A stretch of 64,000 nucleotides of DNA, taken from contig NZXG01000051.1 in the NCBI GenBank assembly GCA_002701845.1, positions 46,568 through 110,567 on the forward strand, in the 5' to 3' direction. The notes below the pieces were generated by a model that searched no databases, was not told the DNA's origin, and worked only from the letters and a program-made list of their open reading frames with translations. Made by a program: the position numbers and the translations under genes. This stretch comes from Pseudomonadales bacterium. Lineage in GTDB: Bacteria > Pseudomonadota > Gammaproteobacteria > Pseudomonadales > Ketobacteraceae. This document shows, one piece after another, positions 10,327 to 18,548 of this stretch; position 1 is the stretch's first letter; each line of letters starts with the position of its first letter.

Positions 10327-10474
10327 GAAATATCCTACTTTTTTGCCCCCACCCCGTCTTTATAATCAGCAACGGCTGAATCAGCCGGATACCCAGGCCG
10401 CTACCAGCCGTGACGTTGACGGTCATCCATGCGGGAGTCGGTCCCGGGTGCGGCACTGCTCAAATACTGAGAAT

Positions 10475-10489
10475 CGGCAGGTAGTTTGC
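10475..10489 (+). promoter_or_regulatory. Possible sigma54 promoter upstream of the HExxH gene
   Basis: CGGCAG-GTAGT-TTGC with correct GG/GC spacing; only a partial match at -24. Confidence 0.3.
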
Positions 10490-10566
10490 CAATGGCCGCC
10501 TATAAATCCTTAGCGGATAACTCATCCGCGAACGGCGGGCCAATAACAAGGAACGTGGGGGACAGC

Positions 10567-11226
10567 ATGAGGGCAACCATTCAGGCGGAGTGTGACCACT
10601 TCGCCGGCCGGGATGCGGATGATCCGTTTTTGTTTCAACTGTTAGCCGGCGTTAACAAGCGCTTTTTTCACAACAAGATCCAGGCCGAAGTCATCTGGCA
10701 GGTACCTCGGGGCACCGTCTCTCTGTTTGTGGGGGAACCGGGGATTCAGATCGAACCTGGTGATCCGCTGTTTAACCAACTGCAACAGGCCAGAAGCTGT
10801 CTGCAACAGGGCAACCTCAGCGCCGCCCTCCAACCCCTCACCGCCTGTGCCGATGCCAACCACCCGGAATCAAAGCTCCTGTTGTGCCATATCTACAAGC
10901 GGCAGGGCGATGAGCGCTGGCAACGCTATGCCCGGGAATACAACCGTCATTGCGCAACGGTCAGAGCAGTGCCCGCGGCCTGTTATTACGCCGACCGCTC
11001 GCTGATCGCCATTCACCCCCATCTACAGGAACTGGGGGCGCCGCAATTTGTACTGAAGTACCTGCTCTATCACGAGTGTTGCCACCAGTTGGTGCCCAGT
11101 TCCGATCAGGAACCACATTCTGCGGCGTTTTTGCATTGGGAATATCAGGCCCCCAATCGCGACCGGGCTCTGCACTGGCTGGAGCGGCAGGGGTTCCCCA
11201 CCTTGCGTACCAGCCATGGGCCTTGA
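10567..11226 (+). CDS. SprT/YgjP-like zinc metallopeptidase-domain protein
   Basis: IAIHPHL...P.FVLKYLLYHECCHQ...H...F contains HExxH plus a downstream His; N-terminal VNKRFF....IW SprT-like segment. Start after GGGGA. Confidence 0.65.
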   Translation: MRATIQAECDHFAGRDADDPFLFQLLAGVNKRFFHNKIQAEVIWQVPRGTVSLFVGEPGIQIEPGDPLFNQLQQARSCLQQGNLSAALQPLTACADANHPESKLLLCHIYKRQGDERWQRYAREYNRHCATVRAVPAACYYADRSLIAIHPHLQELGAPQFVLKYLLYHECCHQLVPSSDQEPHSAAFLHWEYQAPNRDRALHWLERQGFPTLRTSHGP

Positions 11227-12172
11227 AGCCGCCCGCCGCGGCCGCCGGGCGGGTTACTGCCTGCTGCTGTTGATCATGGCGCTGCCCGGCCGCGCCGCGA
11301 GCTGTGGAGAGCAAAGCCCGCAGCACTGCTTGCAACAGCACATCCAACAGCACATGGATCAGACCGCGGCCACTACCAGCCCGCTGACAGCCGACCTGCG
11401 ACAACAATGGGCGTTTGAGTTGCGGCAAGCCGCCGGTAATCCGGATGGCCAATATCCGGCAACGGAGACCTGGCAACGACTGCAGCGGGAGGAGAATTTT
11501 TTGCAACTGCTGCGCTCCGGCAAGCTGCAACCCGCCGCCGCCCTGATACCGCAGCTGCGTGGCCCCTTCCACGATCTGTGGGCGGTGCGTGCTGAAAGCC
11601 TGTTACTGGAGCAATATCTGCTGCAGGTGGAGGACGCCAAAGCCCTGGGCCTGAAACGACAGTTGGTAACACAGGCATTAGAGCTCAATGGCGATCCCGC
11701 CGCGGTATTGCTCGAAATCGCCTGGCACCAGGCCCTGGGAGGTGCACCGGAAGCGGCCCTTGCCAGTCTTGAAGCGGCCCGGGTGGATGCCTTCAGCAGC
11801 ACCCGGTTGCACAGTTTGCATGCAGCCGGCCACCAGTTGGTCAGGGTTTCCCGGGCCCGGTTTCTGGACCCTACCGCACCGCGTCAATGCGACACCGCCG
11901 ATGAGTCTCTGACCCGGACCTTACGGGATTATTTCCACCCGCAACACCAGTCTCTGTTGACGGCGCTATGGCAAGCCCCACAACCGTCCCTGGCCTGGCG
12001 GAATCAGACTTATCTGATACGACTGTATCTGAACGCCGGCGGCTGTAATTTCTGGCGCAGCCTGCACCAACAACATCTGGTGCGGGCGGCTATTTCCCTC
12101 CCTCTGTCCACCGCGGAGCAGCTGGAGCAAATGGTGCTGCTGCATCGCACCTTACGCCGGTATTTACCCTGA
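11216..12172 (+). CDS. Hypothetical exported alpha-helical protein
   Basis: 318-codon ORF overlapping the upstream gene by 11 nt; basic N-terminus plus hydrophobic LLLLIMAL signal-like segment. No family recognised. Confidence 0.6.
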   Translation: MGLEAARRGRRAGYCLLLLIMALPGRAASCGEQSPQHCLQQHIQQHMDQTAATTSPLTADLRQQWAFELRQAAGNPDGQYPATETWQRLQREENFLQLLRSGKLQPAAALIPQLRGPFHDLWAVRAESLLLEQYLLQVEDAKALGLKRQLVTQALELNGDPAAVLLEIAWHQALGGAPEAALASLEAARVDAFSSTRLHSLHAAGHQLVRVSRARFLDPTAPRQCDTADESLTRTLRDYFHPQHQSLLTALWQAPQPSLAWRNQTYLIRLYLNAGGCNFWRSLHQQHLVRAAISLPLSTAEQLEQMVLLHRTLRRYLP

Positions 12173-12363
12173 TCCGATTTCCATGTTCAGACTGAAAAAA
12201 ATGAACGCTGCGCAGGTTTTTGCACACACTATCGCTCAACCAAACTTAGAGAGACAGGGCAGGCGCAAGTATTTCTGGAATTTCTCAGCACATTTTATTT
12301 TTATTTTGTATGAAAACGGTAACGATAATTCGCACCGTCGAAACCGACATTTTTTTTCCCAAC

Positions 12364-12387
12364 TTTCTCACAAATTCGTGTGAGAAA
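12364..12387. promoter_or_regulatory. Perfect 9-6-9 inverted repeat (candidate operator)
   Basis: TTTCTCACA-AATTCG-TGTGAGAAA in an AT-rich intergenic region upstream of the sigma-like gene. Confidence 0.6.
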
Positions 12388-12548
12388 TTGCTCAAACTTT
12401 TGCGATCCAGTTGTGTTGTATGATGGCCATTGCTAATCTTGCCGGCGTTCTGAGCCACTTGTTTGGTGGCCGACGGGCACAGCCACATAAGCGGGGGCTT
12501 ATGACGCCACAGGCTTTGACCCGTCAATCTCTAAGGATGGGAGTGACC

Positions 12549-13289
12549 ATGATAAAGAGTATCTCACACTACCGCGATCTCACGGATTGGGCGGATGGGG
12601 ACTGGCGCCAACTTAACATCCACTTGTTTATTGCTGCCAATTTTAATCGCTATTGCGCCAGCCTGATTAAAAAAATTGGTATTCAGTACCTGCCCAGTGA
12701 TGCCACGGATTCCATGCTAAGTCTGTTTTGCGATATTGCCTATCGCCCATTGCATGCGGTTCACCAGAAGAACCTGGATGCCCGGGGTAACCGCCGCAAC
12801 CAGATCATGCTGGGCACTCTGAAAATGATTACCAGTACCCGGATGGTGGATGCCATTATCCGGGAGTACCCATCCTACGTAACCCTGGATCAGATCGCCC
12901 CCGCTCATGAGGGAGTGGATCCGAACGGCGCCTGGGGTGGCGATTTCGAACCTCATCACAGGGCCGCTCAGGTGGCATCTCGGGATGTGGCGTTCTTTGC
13001 GGCGGAACATCATGAGCCTGATCCGGACATCCTGGACCGGGAAGCGCAAGTGGAGCAGGATCGGATCACGGTCATGCTGGAGATGGTGCGCTCCTTTCTG
13101 ACACCGGTGCAGTACCGCCATATCCGCTACGCGGTGTGTGAAGGACTCAGCGCCAGGGAGATAGCCGAACGTACTGGGCATTCTGTCACCAACGTGCGAA
13201 TCATGCTGCTAAATGTGCGTAAAAAAATGCTGGCGCTGGTGCCGCCGGAGCTGGCGGATTCGGTCCAGGAATTTCTCTATCGAAAATAG
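12549..13289 (+). CDS. Divergent sigma-70/ECF-like factor (region-4 HTH)
   Basis: C-terminal LTPVQYRHIRYAVCEGLSAREIAERTGHSVTNVRIMLLNVRKKM fits sigma region 4; only weak region-2-like helices. Start chosen from the GGGAG SD (alternatives 12501, 12537). Confidence 0.65.
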   Translation: MIKSISHYRDLTDWADGDWRQLNIHLFIAANFNRYCASLIKKIGIQYLPSDATDSMLSLFCDIAYRPLHAVHQKNLDARGNRRNQIMLGTLKMITSTRMVDAIIREYPSYVTLDQIAPAHEGVDPNGAWGGDFEPHHRAAQVASRDVAFFAAEHHEPDPDILDREAQVEQDRITVMLEMVRSFLTPVQYRHIRYAVCEGLSAREIAERTGHSVTNVRIMLLNVRKKMLALVPPELADSVQEFLYRK

Positions 13290-13310
13290 CACTGTCGCGA
13301 ACAGACGTTA

Positions 13311-14177
13311 ATGGATTCCTGGTTGATTAACCGGCCGGAACTGGCGGAAGCGCTGCTGGAAGATATTGAGCGCCCGAAGCGCTGGTTCGCCCTGTTGGAT
13401 GGCACCCGCCCCGACGGAGCTCTGACCACGTTTTTTTTACACGGGCCCGAGGCCGACTATTATCCGTTGTTTGCCGGCACCGAGCTGGCGCCCTGTCTGC
13501 CCTATTCAGCTTATCTGGTGGCGGTGACCGCGAAAGAATATCCCTGGGTGGAGCAGGCCAGTGATACCCGTACCGGTGTCATCTGGTTCAGGTCGTCACA
13601 GTCAATGCGACAACAGATTCCGTACTGGCAAGGGCGGATGCGTGCCTCTCTCAATGACGCCTCTGAATGGTTGTTCCGCTACTGGGACGGTCAGGTTCTG
13701 AACCGTTTGTTACCGGTGCTTTCACTCCGGGAAAGGGCTCAATTGCTGGGGCCGGCCGAGTTACTGGTAGTGCCGGACCCTGATACAGGGTGTTGGCGAT
13801 ATTATCAGCTGGCGGAGCAACCCCAGGTCCGCGCCCCCGAGCCAGCATCACCCTGGATCCTGCAGGCGCACCACCTGGCTGCGTTTCAGGCGCAGTTCCA
13901 GGGCCTGCAGACTGAGGATTTCGAAGTTGCCTTATGGGAGCAGTACTCAGATCTGGCGGCCAGATGGCATCCCCTGCAGTTCCGCCGGCGGGTTGAAAAC
14001 GGTTTGAATCAGGGGCGCAGGCTGGGATTGAATCAGGCTCACGGGCTGCTCCAATTCCTGGTGGCGCAGTTACGTTGGGGCATGGATTTCTGGCAACAAC
14101 CCCCGTTATCAGAGATCTGGACCACGGCCAATCCGGAGCAGGAATTTCGCCGTTGGCTGGCAGTTCAGGGGCCGTGA
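13311..14177 (+). CDS. DUF4123-domain protein (T6SS effector adaptor family)
   Basis: ALLDG, PLF.GT.L...PY..YLV and LFRYWDGQVL (FRFYDPRV-like) motifs. Confidence 0.75.
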   Translation: MDSWLINRPELAEALLEDIERPKRWFALLDGTRPDGALTTFFLHGPEADYYPLFAGTELAPCLPYSAYLVAVTAKEYPWVEQASDTRTGVIWFRSSQSMRQQIPYWQGRMRASLNDASEWLFRYWDGQVLNRLLPVLSLRERAQLLGPAELLVVPDPDTGCWRYYQLAEQPQVRAPEPASPWILQAHHLAAFQAQFQGLQTEDFEVALWEQYSDLAARWHPLQFRRRVENGLNQGRRLGLNQAHGLLQFLVAQLRWGMDFWQQPPLSEIWTTANPEQEFRRWLAVQGP

Positions 14178-14206
14178 CATAACCAGGAGTTGCCGTGACG
14201 AGCGAA

Positions 14207-14232
14207 TCAAAAAGGCGGGCCCGGCCCGCCTT
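14207..14232 (-). terminator. Rho-independent terminator of bfr, between convergent genes
   Basis: AAGGCGGGC-CCG-GCCCGCCTT hairpin followed by a T run on the minus strand. Confidence 0.75.
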
Positions 14233-14251
14233 AATGCGCCGGTGGTAGCCC

Positions 14252-14722
14252 TCAGCTGCTCATTTTGGACTGCAGGTAATTTTTCATACCCACTTTTTCA
14301 ATCAGGTCCAGCTGAGTCTCGAGCCAGTCGATGTGCTCTTCCTCGGAATCCAGGATGGAAACAAAAAGCTCCCGGGAGACGTAATCCTTCACTTTTTCGC
14401 AGTGGGCGATGGCCTCTTTCAGATCCGGCACCGCTTCCATTTCCAGCTTGAGATCGCACTCCAGTATCTCTTTCACTTCCTCACCCACTTTAAGCTTGCC
14501 CAGATGCTGATAATTGGGGAGCCCCTCCAGCATAAGAATGCGATCGGTGAGCTTGTCGGCATGCTTCATCTCATCGATGGATTCATGATACTCGTGTTCC
14601 GCCAGCTCGGTCAGGCCCCAATTCTTGTACATCTTGCTGTGCAGAAAATACTGGTTAATAGCAAGCAGCTCATTACCCAGGACTTTATTCAGATATTCGA
14701 TGACTTTTGCGTCGCCCTTCAT
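14252..14722 (-). CDS. bfr: Bacterioferritin
   Basis: [28 protein letters not shown]; ferroxidase residues ([15 protein letters not shown]); heme-ligand Met. Confidence 0.97.
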   Translation of the reverse strand: MKGDAKVIEYLNKVLGNELLAINQYFLHSKMYKNWGLTELAEHEYHESIDEMKHADKLTDRILMLEGLPNYQHLGKLKVGEEVKEILECDLKLEMEAVPDLKEAIAHCEKVKDYVSRELFVSILDSEEEHIDWLETQLDLIEKVGMKNYLQSKMSS

Positions 14723-14821
14723 GGGGGTCTCCTCTTGCAGACAGTCTAACAACACACCGGCCGGCCACGGTGATGAGCCTGCAAAAAGTAACCCTTTATC
14801 GGGCTATTTGCAAAGCATTGG

Positions 14822-14992
14822 TCACTGAGGCACGGCATGTTGGCGGAAACAGCTTTTGGCTTCCGTCCCGCACTTGCCACATTGCGACCCGACGCCGGTT
14901 CGATCCCGGAATGAACGATAATCATTGACGCCGGATTTAACCGCCTGCTGAATGTGCTTTTCCGTCACCGCTTTACAGACACATACGTACAT
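14822..14992 (-). CDS. bfd: Bacterioferritin-associated ferredoxin
   Basis: MYVCVCKAVTE...CGKC [2Fe-2S] motif, directly upstream of bfr. Confidence 0.93.
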   Translation of the reverse strand: MYVCVCKAVTEKHIQQAVKSGVNDYRSFRDRTGVGSQCGKCGTEAKSCFRQHAVPQ

Positions 14993-15031
14993 AACCTTGG
15001 CTTTCCTCCACACTGTTGCCTGGAGGTTAAT

Positions 15032-15050
15032 TGCAATGAGAATAGTTGTC
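15032..15050. promoter_or_regulatory. Fur box upstream of bfd
   Basis: TGCAATGAGAATAGTTGTC matches 12/19 positions of GATAATGATAATCATTATC; bfd genes are typically Fur-repressed. Confidence 0.7.
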
Positions 15051-15088
15051 AAATGAAAAGATGTGAGATTCGCACCTGAAAATGAGTG

Positions 15089-15322
15089 TTAGTCGTTGTC
15101 TGGTCGATTCTTATGCAAAGGCTTGCGCTCCGTCTCGGCTTGCAGCCGGTCCTCGTCAATCTCACTGACAGGATAGGTGCCGCCCAAACGAAAACTGGCG
15201 GGCCCTTCCCGCGGCTGATAGTGGGCCAGCTTGCAGCGGATACCCTCCACCGTGGGTTCCGGAGCGGAGGTGGAATTTGAGTTTCGCCTGCGGCGAAAGC
15301 GGGGAAACTGCAGTTTTTTCAT
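15089..15322 (-). CDS. Possible small hypothetical protein (77 aa)
   Basis: Co-oriented ORF filling the degQ-bfd gap. No recognised domain; competing ORFs overlap it. Confidence 0.3.
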   Translation of the reverse strand: MKKLQFPRFRRRRNSNSTSAPEPTVEGIRCKLAHYQPREGPASFRLGGTYPVSEIDEDRLQAETERKPLHKNRPDND

Positions 15323-15471
15323 CGGGAAGCTTGCGGTTCGGGATGAAATGGAAGGGGCCATTGTACAAGTGACCCCCGGGGATGCCCAGCCCCAACTCCG
15401 GAATCGCGGGAGTACGGTTGCCTACCGCGGTGACACGCAGACCGGCCCCCGCCAACCGGGGGCCTGAGCTA

Positions 15472-16818
15472 TCACTTCAATACCAGATACAGGGCGGCGT
15501 TTCCGCGAATCACCCGCAACAGCAGTTGGTCACGGCTTTTGGACACCGCCCCCTTCAGCTCCTTCAGGCTCTCTATCCGCTGCTTGTTGACACTGGTGAT
15601 AATATCCCCAGCCCGCAAGCCGGACATCTGAGCCGCGGATCCGGGATCAATAGTCTGTACCAGAACGCCACTGGGCTGTTTGTTATCCACCAGGTGGGCG
15701 CCATCGAGAAACTTGTGCAGACCGCCCGAGGCAAGCACATTGCCCTGGGATTCCCCGATGCGGGCTTTGATAATCTTCTCATCGCCATCCCGGACAACCT
15801 TGATTCTGACCTTGTCGCCCACCTTATGCACACCCACCGCGTTGCGCAGCTGCGCAGCGGAGCGCATGGGCTTGCCATCAAACTCAATAATCACGTCACC
15901 CTGCTGCAGTCCGGCTTTGTCGGCGGCGGAGTCTTCCTGCACCTCGGAAATCACCACGCCCTGAGTGCCATCCAGGTCAAAAGCCTGTGCCAGCTCCGGC
16001 GTCAGATCCTGAATGATGACCCCCAGCTGGCCCCGCTTCACCTCCCCGTGCTCCAGAATCTGTTCGAGACTGTGACGGGCCATGTTGGTGGGAATCGCAA
16101 AGCCGATACCCACGTTACCTCCCGCGGGGGCGATAATGGCGGTATTGATTCCCACCAGTTCACCGTTCAGGTTCACCAGGGCGCCGCCGGAGTTGCCCGG
16201 GTTGATGGAGGCGTCGGTCTGGATGAAGTTCTCGTAACCCTCAATCCCAAGACCGGTACGTCCAATGGCGCTGACCACCCCGGTGGTCACCGTCTGCCCC
16301 AGGCCGAAGGGGTTACCAATGGCCACCACGAAATCCCCCACCCGGGTGGAATCCGAATCGGCAATTTTTACTTCACTGAGATTGTCACCGTCGATGTCCA
16401 GAATGGCGATGTCCACATCCGGATCCGAGCCCACCAGCTTGGCGTCGAAGGTGCGGCCATCGTTGAGGGACACTTTGATCTCGTCAGCGCCGTCGATAAC
16501 GTGAAAATTGGTAATCACCGTGCCTTCGTCAGCATCCACAATCACACCGGAGCCGGCACTCTGGGACCGCCGCATTTGCGGTGAGCGTTGCCCGGGGCCG
16601 AAAAAATGCCGAAAGAACGGATCATTCATCAGCGGGTTCATGGCCTGCTGGTTGGCAAAGGTGGCGATGTTCACCACCGCCGGATTCACTTTTTCCAGCA
16701 TGGGCGCCAGGGACGGCAACTGCCTGCCATCGCCATCCTGCAGAGGCCACACCGCCATGGCTGGGGCGGAAAAAACCAATAAACACAACAACGCCAGAAC
16801 CGATTTTGCTGTCGGCAT
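15472..16818 (-). CDS. degQ: HtrA/DegQ (Do family) periplasmic serine endoprotease
   Basis: Signal peptide, ITNFHV (His), DVDIAIL (Asp), INPGNSGGAL (Ser), two PDZ domains. Confidence 0.93.
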   Translation of the reverse strand: MPTAKSVLALLCLLVFSAPAMAVWPLQDGDGRQLPSLAPMLEKVNPAVVNIATFANQQAMNPLMNDPFFRHFFGPGQRSPQMRRSQSAGSGVIVDADEGTVITNFHVIDGADEIKVSLNDGRTFDAKLVGSDPDVDIAILDIDGDNLSEVKIADSDSTRVGDFVVAIGNPFGLGQTVTTGVVSAIGRTGLGIEGYENFIQTDASINPGNSGGALVNLNGELVGINTAIIAPAGGNVGIGFAIPTNMARHSLEQILEHGEVKRGQLGVIIQDLTPELAQAFDLDGTQGVVISEVQEDSAADKAGLQQGDVIIEFDGKPMRSAAQLRNAVGVHKVGDKVRIKVVRDGDEKIIKARIGESQGNVLASGGLHKFLDGAHLVDNKQPSGVLVQTIDPGSAAQMSGLRAGDIITSVNKQRIESLKELKGAVSKSRDQLLLRVIRGNAALYLVLK

Positions 16819-16926
16819 CGGAAACTCCTCTTACACTTTACGAGCACTGTTCAGGGGATCAAACGCTGCTGATTTGACCGGACTGAAAAGTGATAGTTCC
16901 CGGCGTCGCCAGCCTCCAGCCCCGGT

Positions 16927-17424
16927 TCAGAGATAGGCCTGCGCCACCCCTGCCAGCACCATCAGATTGAAGCCAAACAGCACCGGCCACAACTGCAGCT
17001 CGCGCAAACCACCGCTGATGCCAGCGGTGGCGGCAAAGAATGCCAGCATCAGGTGAATAAACAAAGTCAGCGCCACCGCCGCCGCCTGGTCCGGCGCGTA
17101 GGCCAGAATGATCCAGACCAATAATCCGGGCAATACACAGAACAGGCCGTCCCGCAGCCGCTGCACGTCCGCCAGATTGGCCAGATAGAGCAATACCAGC
17201 CCGGCGCTGAGGGCGGCAAAGAAATTGAGGGGCAGGATCACCGGCAACAGCCAATGGATCAACCAGGCCAGGCCGCTGCCAATCACCAGGCGGGCGCTCA
17301 AATTCAGACCCTGAAGCCCCCGCTGCAGCAATACTGCCGTTAATGGTTCGCTGTTGTACCGGGGTCGTGGTCTGGCGATCTCTCCCAGGGTGCCTGGCAG
17401 TCCGATTGAATGGAGCGTTATCAT
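16927..17424 (-). CDS. Hypothetical integral membrane protein
   Basis: Several hydrophobic helices; strong AGGAGGA SD before ATG 17424; divergent from the AraC regulator. Confidence 0.65.
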   Translation of the reverse strand: MITLHSIGLPGTLGEIARPRPRYNSEPLTAVLLQRGLQGLNLSARLVIGSGLAWLIHWLLPVILPLNFFAALSAGLVLLYLANLADVQRLRDGLFCVLPGLLVWIILAYAPDQAAAVALTLFIHLMLAFFAATAGISGGLRELQLWPVLFGFNLMVLAGVAQAYL

Positions 17425-17545
17425 CGCTTGTCCTCCTCTGTGACCTGCAGTCAACCACTGACTCAGATTACGCCTTGACCTCGAAAGCGAATAGTGGCAT
17501 TTATGACAACATTGCTGCATATATTGCCACACCAGGGAGCCAAAA

Positions 17546-18538
17546 ATGACCACTAATCTGGCAATATTCGCCTATGATGGCTGTTTATCGACTTCTCTGA
17601 CCGGGCCCACAGACATCTTCCATATCGCCAATACCCATCAACGGGTGCGCAAGGAAGGCGCCGGCAGGCCACTGTTTTCCTGGATCATCTGCTCGCCGGA
17701 CGGCAAACCGGTACATACCTCAACGGGCATTACCGTGGCGGTGGACTGTCGTTACGACGATGTGGGCCAGCCGGACATTTGCATGATCCCCGCCATCGAC
17801 CATGCCTACGGCTTCGAGGTGTTGGAGAAAACCCGGGAAATGCGCGCCCTGCTGGGGGACCGGATCCGGGCCCATCACGCCGCGGGCGCCGCCATCGCCT
17901 CCAATTGCAGCGGCTCGTTCCTGCTGGCGGATACCGGTCTGCTGGACGGCTCCGACGCCACCACCAGTTGGTGGCTGGCACACCATTTCAGTGACGCGTT
18001 CCCCAGGGTGCGCCTGCGCCTGGAGCAAGTGGTCACGGAGCACAACCAGGTCTACTGTTCCGGTGCAGTCACCGCTTATCTGCATCTGTGTATCCGCCTG
18101 ATCGAGCGCTTTGCCGGCCCGGAGATTGCCAAATGCTGTGCCAAAACGGTGATGCTGGCCAACAAGGATTCCACCCAGGCGCCTTACATTCCGATACCCC
18201 ATCATTTCAAACAGCCGGACGAACTGGTGAAAACCGCAGTGCAGTGGATGCAGGAAAACCTGGATCAGGAATTTCAACTGGACGCCCTGGCCCGACAACT
18301 GGCGGTGAGTCCCCGCACTTTCATCCGCCGCTTCAATCAGGCCACCGGCAAGCCGCCCAAACAGTATTTCCAGAAACTTCGGATTGATGAAGCCAAACGG
18401 CTACTGGAGTCCACCAGCCTCAGCGTGGATGACATCACCGAAAAAGTGGGCTACGTGGATGTCAGCTCGTTTCGCCGGCTGTTCAAACGGGAGGTCTCAC
18501 TCTCCCCCACCGAATACCGCAAGCGCTTCGCCCGCTAA
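17546..18538 (+). CDS. GlxA-family AraC transcriptional regulator (DJ-1/PfpI-like sensor + HTH)
   Basis: IASNCSGSFLLADTGLLDG..ATTSWW sensor domain; SPRTFIRRF and VGYVDVSSFRRLFKR AraC HTHs. Confidence 0.92.
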   Translation: MTTNLAIFAYDGCLSTSLTGPTDIFHIANTHQRVRKEGAGRPLFSWIICSPDGKPVHTSTGITVAVDCRYDDVGQPDICMIPAIDHAYGFEVLEKTREMRALLGDRIRAHHAAGAAIASNCSGSFLLADTGLLDGSDATTSWWLAHHFSDAFPRVRLRLEQVVTEHNQVYCSGAVTAYLHLCIRLIERFAGPEIAKCCAKTVMLANKDSTQAPYIPIPHHFKQPDELVKTAVQWMQENLDQEFQLDALARQLAVSPRTFIRRFNQATGKPPKQYFQKLRIDEAKRLLESTSLSVDDITEKVGYVDVSSFRRLFKREVSLSPTEYRKRFAR

Positions 18539-18548
18539 TCCAGCTGGT

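Noticed and set aside
10327-10566. tRNA or sRNA in the gap after the K+ channel
   Set aside because: No cloverleaf, T-loop or CCA end; only a short GCGGAT/ATCCGC hairpin.
12364-12387. CRP/Vfr site
   Set aside because: The arms are TCACA-N6-TGTGA, the reverse order of the CRP consensus TGTGA-N6-TCACA. Kept only as an unknown operator.
13311-14177. A type VI secretion locus
   Set aside because: No vgrG, hcp, PAAR, tss or Rhs gene is present in the window.
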